Below, piece by piece: positions 7,070 to 14,244 of a DNA stretch of 14,328 nt. Each line of letters starts with the position of its first letter. The stretch's first letter is position 1. The position numbers and the translations under genes were made by a program. The stretch is from Nitrososphaerota archaeon. Lineage in GTDB: Archaea > Thermoproteota > Nitrososphaeria_A > Caldarchaeales > Calditenuaceae. The stretch lies in NCBI GenBank assembly GCA_038741355.1, contig JAVYLC010000028.1, positions 4,052 through 18,379 on the forward strand, given 5' to 3'. Below the pieces are notes generated by a model. That model ran no database searches, was not told the DNA's origin, and saw only the letters and a program-made list of their open reading frames with translations.

Positions 7070-7157
7070 AAAGTCATGAACTATTAGTAAAACGTTAGAA
7101 ATGTGTAGAATATTTTAAACAATTTAATGTAAAAGTCTCTACACACCCTAATCGAAG

Positions 7158-7177
7158 TTTATTAATGAGATAAATTA
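7158..7177 (+). promoter_or_regulatory. Candidate TATA elements for acs (TTTATTAA 7158-7165 and ATAAATTA 7170-7177)
   Basis: These AT-rich boxes lie 20-40 nt upstream of ATG 7198. The proximal one gives leaderless geometry. Confidence 0.35.
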
Positions 7178-7197
7178 GCTATAACCTTGAGACACCC

Positions 7198-9225
7198 ATG
7201 GGTCAATCGGAATCACTTCGCGAGGCACTAAACTTCGAGGAGAGAATAACTTTAGACAATTGGGTGCATAGACAGGTTGCGATCAGTGATTACCACTCCT
7301 TCCATAAAGAGGGTCTTGAGAGGTTTGAGGAGTTCTGGGCTGGTGTGGCGAGGGAGCTTGAGTGGTTCAAAGACTTTGAGAAGGTTGTTGTGCCGGGGGA
7401 TTATCCGAATGTCTATAAATGGTTTGTCGGAGGCCGCCTCAACCTGTCCTATCTCTGCCTAGACCGTCATGTAAAGTCTTGGAGGAAGAACAAGGTCGCC
7501 CTCATCTGGGAGGGCGAGCCTGTTAAGGACGGCGGGGAGCCGCTCGAGACTAAGATCTTCACCTACTACGATCTTTGGAGGATTGTAAATCGTGTCGCCT
7601 ATGTCATGAAGGAGAAACTCCACCTGAAGAGGGGTGATAGGGTCGCGTTCTACATGCCCATGATCCCTGAGTTACCAGTCCTGATGCTGGCAGCATCTCG
7701 TATAGGTATAGTGTTTACCCAAGTATTCAGCGGCTTCAGCGCAGAGGCCCTAGCATCGAGGATTAGCGACCTAGGTGCCAGATACGTCTTCACGACCGAC
7801 GGATACTACAGGAGAGGGAAAATAGTTAGGACCAAGGAGATAGCGGATAAAGCGGTGGCGGAGTGTCCGACTGTGGAGAAGATCATCCTGGTGCGCCGGG
7901 TAGGAAATACAGAGACTCCAGTCGACCCGGAGAGGCATGTATATCTAGAAGACCTTCTAAGGGATGTAAAGCCTAACACCTATGTCCAGCCCGAGGAAAT
8001 GGAGAGCACTGACATGCTCTATGTGCTATACACTTCAGGCACTACCGGCAAGCCTAAGGGAATAATTCACGACACTGGAGGATATGCGGTTCTCCTCTAT
8101 GCAACCATGAAGTGGGTCTTCGACATAAGGGATGAGGACGTGTACTGGTGTACAGCAGACATAGGGTGGGTTACTGGCCACTCCTACATAGTCTACGGCC
8201 CCTTGATGGCGGGCACCACGGTGGTGATGTATGAAGGTGCCCCCGACTATCCCGCACCTGACCGGTGGTGGAGCATCATTGAGAGGTATGGTGTCACTAT
8301 CTTCTACACTTCCCCCACTGCTGTAAGGGCATTCATGAGACTGGGCACAGAGCACGTAACCAAACACGATCTATCTACCTTAAGGCTGATACATAGTGTG
8401 GGTGAGCCGATTAACCCGGCCGCTTGGAGGTGGCTGTTTGAACTGATTGGGGGTGGTAGATGCCCTGTCGGGAGTACTTGGTGGATGACAGAGACGGGTG
8501 GAATACTTATCTCCCACGCCCCGGGCCTGAAGCTGGTCCCACTTAAGGCAGGGACTAACGGGCCTCCACTTCCGGGAATTGAGGTAGAGGTTGTCGATGA
8601 AAATGGTACACCTGTTCCAAACGGTGTGAAGGGATATCTGATAATTAAGAGGCCCTGGCCAGGCATGCCTGGCCCGCCTACAGGAATGTACGGCGACCCG
8701 GAAAGATACAACTCAGTATACTACTCTAGGTTTGGCTACTTCTTCACAGGTGACTTCGCCATCAGAGACAACGACGGATACATCTGGGTTCTCGGGAGGT
8801 CTGACGAGGTGCTGAAAGTGGCCGGACACAGGATCGGGACCTACGAGTTGGAGTCAGCCCTAGTCTCTCACCCGTATGTCGCCGAGGCGGCGGTGTGCGG
8901 CGTACCTGATGATGTGAAGGGCGAGGTCCCCATAGCCTATGTCGTCCTCAAGACTGATGCCCCCTCGTCCACGAAGACGGTCCAAGAGGAGTTGAGGAGA
9001 TGGGTTAGGGAGCGTATCGGAGCCATAGCGGAGCCGAAGAACATCTTCATTATCAGTAAGCTACCTAAGACTCGAAGTGGGAAGATTATGAGGCGTATAA
9101 TGAGGGCGCTGGCAACCGGTAAACCTATAGGCGATATCACCACTCTTGAGGACGAGGCTGCGGTGGACGAGGTTAAAGCGGCTTACGAGGCACTACTCAA
9201 GGAGATAGGCGGGAAGATCGGTTAA
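7198..9225 (+). CDS. acs: Acetyl-CoA synthetase (AMP-forming)
   Basis: 675 aa. Has YTSGTTGKPKG (the AMP-binding motif), WWMTETGG, and TRSGKIMRR with the conserved catalytic/acetylatable Lys. Confidence 0.95.
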   Translation: MGQSESLREALNFEERITLDNWVHRQVAISDYHSFHKEGLERFEEFWAGVARELEWFKDFEKVVVPGDYPNVYKWFVGGRLNLSYLCLDRHVKSWRKNKVALIWEGEPVKDGGEPLETKIFTYYDLWRIVNRVAYVMKEKLHLKRGDRVAFYMPMIPELPVLMLAASRIGIVFTQVFSGFSAEALASRISDLGARYVFTTDGYYRRGKIVRTKEIADKAVAECPTVEKIILVRRVGNTETPVDPERHVYLEDLLRDVKPNTYVQPEEMESTDMLYVLYTSGTTGKPKGIIHDTGGYAVLLYATMKWVFDIRDEDVYWCTADIGWVTGHSYIVYGPLMAGTTVVMYEGAPDYPAPDRWWSIIERYGVTIFYTSPTAVRAFMRLGTEHVTKHDLSTLRLIHSVGEPINPAAWRWLFELIGGGRCPVGSTWWMTETGGILISHAPGLKLVPLKAGTNGPPLPGIEVEVVDENGTPVPNGVKGYLIIKRPWPGMPGPPTGMYGDPERYNSVYYSRFGYFFTGDFAIRDNDGYIWVLGRSDEVLKVAGHRIGTYELESALVSHPYVAEAAVCGVPDDVKGEVPIAYVVLKTDAPSSTKTVQEELRRWVRERIGAIAEPKNIFIISKLPKTRSGKIMRRIMRALATGKPIGDITTLEDEAAVDEVKAAYEALLKEIGGKIG

Positions 9226-9233
9226 CTGACTCC

Positions 9234-10367
9234 TCACAGCTCCGTCAGCGCAAACGTCAATACTTTCGGCCCTTTCTCAGTCACCAAAAAGTTATTCTCT
9301 ACTCTGACCCCTCCAACGCCAGGGACATATAGTCCAGGCTCCAGCGTAACCACCATCCCAGCTCTCAGGGCGTCTGTGGACCCCGGTATGAAGAATGGGG
9401 GCTCCTGTCCATCCAGTCCAATGCCGTGCCCCGCGTGGTGGGGGAAGTATTCCCCATAGCCCGCCTCCTTGAATGTCTCTCGGATGGTGCTGTAGATCTG
9501 GGCCCCCGACACGCCGGGCCTAAGCTTCTCCATCCCCTTCTCAAGAGCCTTTAGAACTATCGAGTGCAGCTTCTTTAACCCCTCGCTCGGCCTACCACCT
9601 ACCACATACGTCCTACATGTATCGGACCAGTATTCCTTGGTTGTTACCCATAGGTCGAAGATGAAGGGCTCTCCCTCTTTGATGGCTCGCGGTGTAGGTG
9701 GCCCCCCAATATTTATCGTCCTCTCTCCTGAGACGAAGTCACCGGCGAAGTATTGGAATGTTCCTACTAGCCGGCTGAGCTCCTTGTGTATCTCGCTGTA
9801 GACTTCTACCTCCGTCCTACCCGGAGTGACTAGGGCTTTAGCCATGTTATACGCCTTGTCTGCGAGTTCGCAGCTCTTCTGGATCAGTTCGAGCTCATCT
9901 TGGTGTTTAATCGCCCTCATGGCCAATATATCCTGTGATATGTCCGTCAACTCGAAACCACCCACCCCTCGCATAAGGGCTTGATATAGTGAATAAGGCA
10001 GATTCCATGCATCAGCTCCTATTCGCCTAGCCCCTGAGAAATATTCTCTGATAAGCCCCTCAGCCTCCACAGCAACATAGCCCGGGTACGCTATCATGCG
10101 CTCCTCAAGTTTATAGTTCTCAAAAGTCACTATGTCTCCTCCAAAGCTTGCTGAGGCCATTCCCTTATCTGTAGAGCCTGTGAGCAAGACTGGCTCGCGG
10201 CCCACCCGTAGGAAAAGGTAGGTTGGCAGTATGAGCCGAGTGGTTAAGAAGCCCGTGAAGTAGTAGACCTCTTTCTTTCCAGAGATAACTGCTCCGTCCA
10301 GTCCCTTATTCCTAAGAAGGTTCTCGAGCTGTTGTGTTCTGGCCTGAGGACCTTTAGCCCAAGGCAT
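9234..10367 (-). CDS. M24-family metallopeptidase (Xaa-Pro dipeptidase/aminopeptidase-like)
   Basis: 377 aa with a creatinase-like N-domain. All five M24 metal ligand contexts are present: FIFDLW, WSDTCRT, HHAGHGIGLDGQEPP, VTLEPGLY and VRVENNFLVT. It is convergent with acs, with an 8-nt gap. Confidence 0.88.
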   Translation of the reverse strand: MPWAKGPQARTQQLENLLRNKGLDGAVISGKKEVYYFTGFLTTRLILPTYLFLRVGREPVLLTGSTDKGMASASFGGDIVTFENYKLEERMIAYPGYVAVEAEGLIREYFSGARRIGADAWNLPYSLYQALMRGVGGFELTDISQDILAMRAIKHQDELELIQKSCELADKAYNMAKALVTPGRTEVEVYSEIHKELSRLVGTFQYFAGDFVSGERTINIGGPPTPRAIKEGEPFIFDLWVTTKEYWSDTCRTYVVGGRPSEGLKKLHSIVLKALEKGMEKLRPGVSGAQIYSTIRETFKEAGYGEYFPHHAGHGIGLDGQEPPFFIPGSTDALRAGMVVTLEPGLYVPGVGGVRVENNFLVTEKGPKVLTFALTEL

Positions 10368-10397
10368 ACCTTATCAACCAAGCTAGTGCTTACACAG

Positions 10398-10407
10398 AAT
10401 ATATAAG
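10398..10407 (-). promoter_or_regulatory. Candidate TATA box (AATATATAAG, near-palindromic) for the M24 peptidase gene
   Basis: Its centre lies about 36 nt upstream of ATG 10367, which predicts a 5' UTR of roughly 9 nt. Confidence 0.4.
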
Positions 10408-10719
10408 TCCTATTATCATAATGAGCTCATATGGCTGAGGCGAAGTAGCTGGTAAAAAACTTTCAGAGCAATTCAAAGGAGCTGGCTTCGAAGTAAAGGA
10501 TATAATAACCTTCAAGGGTAGATTTGAGGAAAAGACGGTAGAGAGGGTTAGAGAGGAGGTTAATAAAATCTTGACAAGCAAACATCAATGAGTTAAAATA
10601 TTTATAACCATGTGGCATTTAATAATACAATGAAGTAAGGGTGTTTAGTTATTTGATTATTGGTGTCAGATTTATTGTGAAAAGCTTAGCATCGGTCTAT
10701 TGTACGTGTTTTCTTCATT

Positions 10720-10727
10720 GTTATATC
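10720..10727 (+). promoter_or_regulatory. Candidate TATA box (GTTATATC) for the 10753 membrane-protein gene
   Basis: Its centre lies about 29 nt upstream of TTG 10753, consistent with a leaderless transcript. Confidence 0.3.
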
Positions 10728-10752
10728 TTCGCTTGGCGTCACGATTGAAGCA

Positions 10753-11328
10753 TTGTCAATAACTGGTTATGGAGATGCAATAAGCATCTTCACGCTACTG
10801 TTTGTTGGAGGAGTATTGATAGCATTGACTATTGGAACGCTTCTAAGCATGCTTGAGGTGCCTCGTGGGCAGAGAATACTGATTTTATTCCTCATACTCT
10901 ACATGTTCTCTTATCTGATAGGAGCACCTGAAGTTGCGTTATTCACGACATACACGTTTTCCTTTCAGGTCTTCATCCTTATTGAGCAATTAATTATCAG
11001 TCTAATCATAGCTTCAGTGGTTGGGCTCATCTTTTCCCCTAGAAGAGTCACGAAAGATCTGTTCAGTGGGATAAAGAACTACTTTTCGAGTAGATCTAAA
11101 GGAGAGTGGGCTTGGCGTCTCGCCTTAGCGTCTATACTTTATCTCCCGATCTACTACTTCTTTGGGTTTCTCTTTTCTCCCATCACTGGACCATACTATA
11201 ATAATCCAGAATTAGGATTAGGACTCGTTATTCCCAGCATTGAGACCGTGATTCCTGTCGAGGTTGCCCGCGGCCTTCTCTACGCCTCGACGATGATGCC
11301 GCTTATAGCATTGATTAGCCTTCATTGA
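10753..11328 (+). CDS. Polytopic membrane protein of unknown function, ending at TGA 11326-11328. See the next feature for the in-frame continuation
   Basis: 191 aa with about 5 hydrophobic helices and a TTG start. It has lower GC than its neighbours (38-52% in sampled lines). I recognise no family. Confidence 0.55.
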   Translation: MSITGYGDAISIFTLLFVGGVLIALTIGTLLSMLEVPRGQRILILFLILYMFSYLIGAPEVALFTTYTFSFQVFILIEQLIISLIIASVVGLIFSPRRVTKDLFSGIKNYFSSRSKGEWAWRLALASILYLPIYYFFGFLFSPITGPYYNNPELGLGLVIPSIETVIPVEVARGLLYASTMMPLIALISLH

Positions 11329-11481
11329 CGGAGGCTTGGCTTATTACTAGGAATTATACTGTCAATCATTGGTGCAGTGGTTCCCCAACTGGTTAACGTT
11401 GCGTGGCCAGTGGAGTTTAGGATAGGACATGGAGTGGAGATGGTGCTTGATAGCTTCGCTCAAGGATTCATGATTGTCTAG
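11329..11481 (+). other. In-frame continuation of the preceding ORF past its TGA (50 codons plus TAG): RRLGLLLGIILSIIGAVVPQLVNVAWPVEFRIGHGVEMVLDSFAQGFMIV
   Basis: It is in the same frame as 10753-11328. It encodes an RR-anchored transmembrane helix, and the only internal start is a GTG that would give just 34 aa. This suggests a nonsense-disrupted or read-through gene of 241 sense codons in total. Confidence 0.4.
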
Positions 11482-11497
11482 TTGCTATGGACAGGTA

Positions 11498-11508
11498 AGA
11501 AAAACAAA
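11498..11508 (-). terminator. Oligo-T tract (TTTGTTTTTCT on the minus strand), a candidate archaeal terminator for the 11683-12900 gene
   Basis: This is the only strong minus-strand T-run downstream of the gene. It lies about 175 nt past the stop codon. Confidence 0.3.
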
Positions 11509-11682
11509 TAATGAAATAATATTCTAATTAGATGAAACTAGACTGTCTCTCTGAGTCCTTAGTGCTGTTCTGGCTGGCGGCCCCCGACCAACCACTGTCC
11601 ATAACCATTCTACGCCGTCGCATATGTGTTCCCGTTACCATCTCATCTACGTCTCCATCGAACGTGGTTGCCTATACTTGGG

Positions 11683-12900
11683 CTACGCCGAAGGAATGAT
11701 TGAGATCGCCCATGTAGGATGAATCTCCGACCAGTAGCCGTGGTCAGTGTCGATCACAAACGCCCCAGTAACGATGACCCTATCGCCCGGTTTGAGGGAT
11801 GAAAGTGTGTTTGCTAGCGTAGGCTGCTGTGACGGCACAACTTCGACGTGCATGAGGCCGTCTCTGAGGATGAGGCTGCCGATGGATAGCATGTGTTGGT
11901 ATTGGGGATCGGGCCTGACATCTATGATGAAGTCGCCGTCGTATGCAGGTCCATATGTCGGTGCCAGACCCTCTACTATTCCACTTATTGTAACGCAGGT
12001 GTTTAAGACTCTTAGCCTCTCAGGACCCCAGACGCCGCTTTCAACAGTCCCAGCACCAGCTATGTTTCCCTGCATGCACGACCTCGAAGAGTTGGTTTGA
12101 ACCCATTGAGAGGCGGAAAGAGAGTCTGGGTATAGGGGGTAGAAGGTGTTTCGCATGTTGTAGGAGAAGGATGTTGTGTCGCTTGAGAAGGAAGCTGGTA
12201 TCGCTAATAGAGCAAAGGCTAGTAGGGCTGCTGAGATTATCCTTGAGGCCTTTCCCCGCAGGATTAGAAAGGAAGAGGCCATCAATACTATGATGCTGAC
12301 CGCGGTGGAGAGAGGTATCCAGAACAGGCTTGCTGAGAAGAATATGCCAAATGTGGAGAACAATGTGGCGCCTCCCAGGAACAAAGACCACCACCTCCCT
12401 AAGCCTATCACTCTCACCAACACGTATGCTGGGAAGATGAAGACGCTCTCAAAGAAGGTCATTGAGACACTAATGGCGCCTTCTCCGTAGTAAGCTAAGC
12501 CAAGGAGCGTCGCTGTGACGGTCCCAATAAGCACGGTCATGAGAGAGGCTCCAGCTACACCCATCCGTCGCTTAAGCCTCGAAAGAATGTAGACCTGCAC
12601 CGTCCTGAGGAGGACGAAAGCAACTACAACCAGTGTGAAGGCTGAACGCGTCAGAGCGATGAGAGACATGGCGGCCGTGGTGGACACGAAGACGACCACG
12701 ACTGCTGGCAAAGGATTGAGTAGGAGGCCGGTTGTCAACAATCCAAGGAAGCTGATGCCATATCCGAAAAACAGGTAAGGGGTGTTTCCTATCGTGAGCG
12801 ATGCCACGAATGTCAGAACACCTGCAAACATATACCTAAGGGCTCCTTGCCAGCCCGGCGAGACGCCACTGGTCAAAGATGACTCACTTAAGCCGGTCAA
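11683..12900 (-). CDS. Membrane protein with about 9 N-terminal TM helices and a C-terminal extracytoplasmic domain of about 165 aa; function unknown
   Basis: 405 aa with a TTG start. The C-domain carries two Cys, an NSS sequon and the signature YDGDFIIDVRPDP...LMHVEVVP...PGDRVIVTGAFVIDTDHGYWSEIHP. I recall similar DGD...HG-W-EIHP domains in uncharacterised secreted prokaryotic proteins, but this is not verified. Confidence 0.7.
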   Translation of the reverse strand: MTGLSESSLTSGVSPGWQGALRYMFAGVLTFVASLTIGNTPYLFFGYGISFLGLLTTGLLLNPLPAVVVVFVSTTAAMSLIALTRSAFTLVVVAFVLLRTVQVYILSRLKRRMGVAGASLMTVLIGTVTATLLGLAYYGEGAISVSMTFFESVFIFPAYVLVRVIGLGRWWSLFLGGATLFSTFGIFFSASLFWIPLSTAVSIIVLMASSFLILRGKASRIISAALLAFALLAIPASFSSDTTSFSYNMRNTFYPLYPDSLSASQWVQTNSSRSCMQGNIAGAGTVESGVWGPERLRVLNTCVTISGIVEGLAPTYGPAYDGDFIIDVRPDPQYQHMLSIGSLILRDGLMHVEVVPSQQPTLANTLSSLKPGDRVIVTGAFVIDTDHGYWSEIHPTWAISIIPSA

Positions 12901-12930
12901 GTAGGCATAATAAGCTTTTTCTTCAACAGT

Positions 12931-12938
12931 ATTAAAAT
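12931..12938 (-). promoter_or_regulatory. Candidate TATA box (ATTTTAAT on the minus strand) for the 405-aa membrane-protein gene
   Basis: Its centre lies about 34 nt upstream of TTG 12900. Confidence 0.25.
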
Positions 12939-13189
12939 CACAGTTCTATTGAGTCTCTGCTTGAAATGATATAATCTGTACCAAGAGACAGCTTTAGCTT
13001 AAACTGTTTTTCGTACAGGTGCCTCTTAGCCTAAGCTTGGAGGCGGATAGTTTGCCTAGAATAATTTCCTTACACGCGTTTTGTGGTGTTGTAGAATTCT
13101 ATATGTTTGATCATGCTTAGAGTGGTGTTCAGCGTGTTTGAACTTGTCTAGTGTCTCAATTAACCCTTGCACAGGATACAATGTATTCA

Positions 13190-14242
13190 TCATGTTGTTA
13201 TCTCGTCTATTCTTTCCTCGACTATCATCTCCCTGATCTCAATGGCTATCCTCCTCCCCATTGAGACTGGTTTTCTGAGGAATAGCTTCGAGTATTGCCC
13301 TCCTATTGCCATGTGGGCGTTTGTTCCTCCGCCTATGCGTGGTGCGACGTCGTAGACGACTAGCTGGAGTGCGGGCGTGACTAGAGTCTGTAGGGTGAAG
13401 GGGCCTATTATCCCGGGAGGCTCCACCCTCCTTGTCGCGGCTACAAACCTCTCACCGATGCTATACGCCTCCTCTAGAAGGCTTTCTCGGAGAGTGACAG
13501 GTATGTGTCCAACTTCAACCATGCTTATCCGCGGGCTTATCTCCAGCTGCTGCTGGGCTGGCAGGTGCAGTATCCCGTCGAGGTTGCTCTGGACCCTCCT
13601 ATCCACGCTGAGGATCTCAAGCCTCTGCCTAGCCAAGCTGTAGAAATAGTTGATGTTAAAGTGGGCACCAATTATGAGTTCTTCGGCCACGCTCTTTTTC
13701 AGCAGCTCCTCCGAGATCACTCCTCTCTTGAGGGCCTCGTCAATCTTGGCGTAGAGGTCGTCCCGCCCGGATGCGAATATGAATGCCCTCTCCTGTGGTC
13801 TCCCCGCCTCCTGAACCTTGAGGATGACGGGTCCCGAGACCTCTTCTATGCTCCAGATAGAGGGGTGCCTGATTCCGGCCTCGTCCAGCAGCCTGTAGTA
13901 GTTCTTCTCACCCGTACGCTCCTCCCATCTGAGCATACGCTTGTTCCCAAAGACGGGGACTCTAAGCTCCTTCTCGATCTCGTCGTAGCCTACGTAGACC
14001 GCCATGCTCCTGTTGGGGACGATTATCGAGCCCTCCTCCAACAGCCTCTCCTGAATTTGAGGGTCGATGACGTTTCTGTAATCGTCGAGGACTATGCACT
14101 TATCAACCGTCTCGCGGGCGGCTGCGTAGATTCGCTCCCTGCCCTTCCTACAGATGGCTATTGTGGGGAAGCCCTCATCCTTCGCGCCGTCAAATACGTC
14201 GAGGGCGGAGTGGCTTGCGATGCACGCTACGCTTGTTTTCAA
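13190..14242 (-). CDS. purP: 5-formaminoimidazole-4-carboxamide ribonucleotide (FAICAR) synthetase, ATP-grasp, archaeal PurP (MJ0136 family)
   Basis: 350 aa. The N-terminal VACIASHSALDVFDGAKDEGF resembles the PurP IATLGSHSAL..GAK.EGF segment. TTG 14242 is the only in-frame start between an upstream TAG and that conserved segment. GGAGGTG lies 11 nt upstream. Confidence 0.9.
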   Translation of the reverse strand: MKTSVACIASHSALDVFDGAKDEGFPTIAICRKGRERIYAAARETVDKCIVLDDYRNVIDPQIQERLLEEGSIIVPNRSMAVYVGYDEIEKELRVPVFGNKRMLRWEERTGEKNYYRLLDEAGIRHPSIWSIEEVSGPVILKVQEAGRPQERAFIFASGRDDLYAKIDEALKRGVISEELLKKSVAEELIIGAHFNINYFYSLARQRLEILSVDRRVQSNLDGILHLPAQQQLEISPRISMVEVGHIPVTLRESLLEEAYSIGERFVAATRRVEPPGIIGPFTLQTLVTPALQLVVYDVAPRIGGGTNAHMAIGGQYSKLFLRKPVSMGRRIAIEIREMIVEERIDEITT

Positions 14243-14244
14243 GG

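Noticed and set aside
96-9143. Many plus- or minus-strand ORFs of 60-186 aa lie antisense to the annotated genes. Examples are 96-467, 708-1079, 1739-2005, 3879-4283, 4063-4623, 5163-5489, 5924-6289, 6808-7077, 8035-8367, 8304-8711 and 12041-12394.
   Set aside because: They lie entirely inside well-supported conserved genes on the opposite strand or in another frame. They are Ser/Pro/Arg/Leu-rich and low in complexity, and they carry no recognisable motifs. This is the usual shadow-ORF artefact of GC-rich coding DNA.
10390-10581. A 63-aa minus-strand ORF (MLVKILLTSSLTLS...).
   Set aside because: It has a TTG start and is Ser/Leu/Thr-rich and low in complexity, as expected for the complement of a purine-rich strand. 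It runs across the M24 peptidase promoter, and I saw no supporting signals.
10436-11328. The idea that TGA is recoded in this organism (selenocysteine, or genetic code 4/25), which would explain the two in-frame TGAs.
   Set aside because: TGA is the stop of at least four conserved genes whose C-termini look complete: aroE (1261), ADH synthase (3777), the M24 peptidase (9234) and purP (13190). I saw no SECIS-like hairpin downstream. Local read-through or pseudogenisation is more parsimonious.
11520-11682. Short ORFs in the tail after the 405-aa gene: a 36-aa minus-strand ORF (MVTGTHMRRRRMVMDSGW...), a 47-aa plus-strand GTG ORF and a 32-aa plus-strand ATG ORF.
   Set aside because: All three are below a credible length. 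They overlap one another in different frames and have no start signals or recognisable sequence features. The region is kept only as a low-interest observation.
10368-13189. An integrated mobile element bounded by att-like direct repeats in the two long AT-rich spacers.
   Set aside because: Comparing 10368-10752 with 12901-13189 by eye on both orientations found only AT-rich matches of 8-9 nt (for example AAAAGCTTA). There is no integrase, transposase or tRNA gene. The 405-aa gene has GC content like the rest of the genome.
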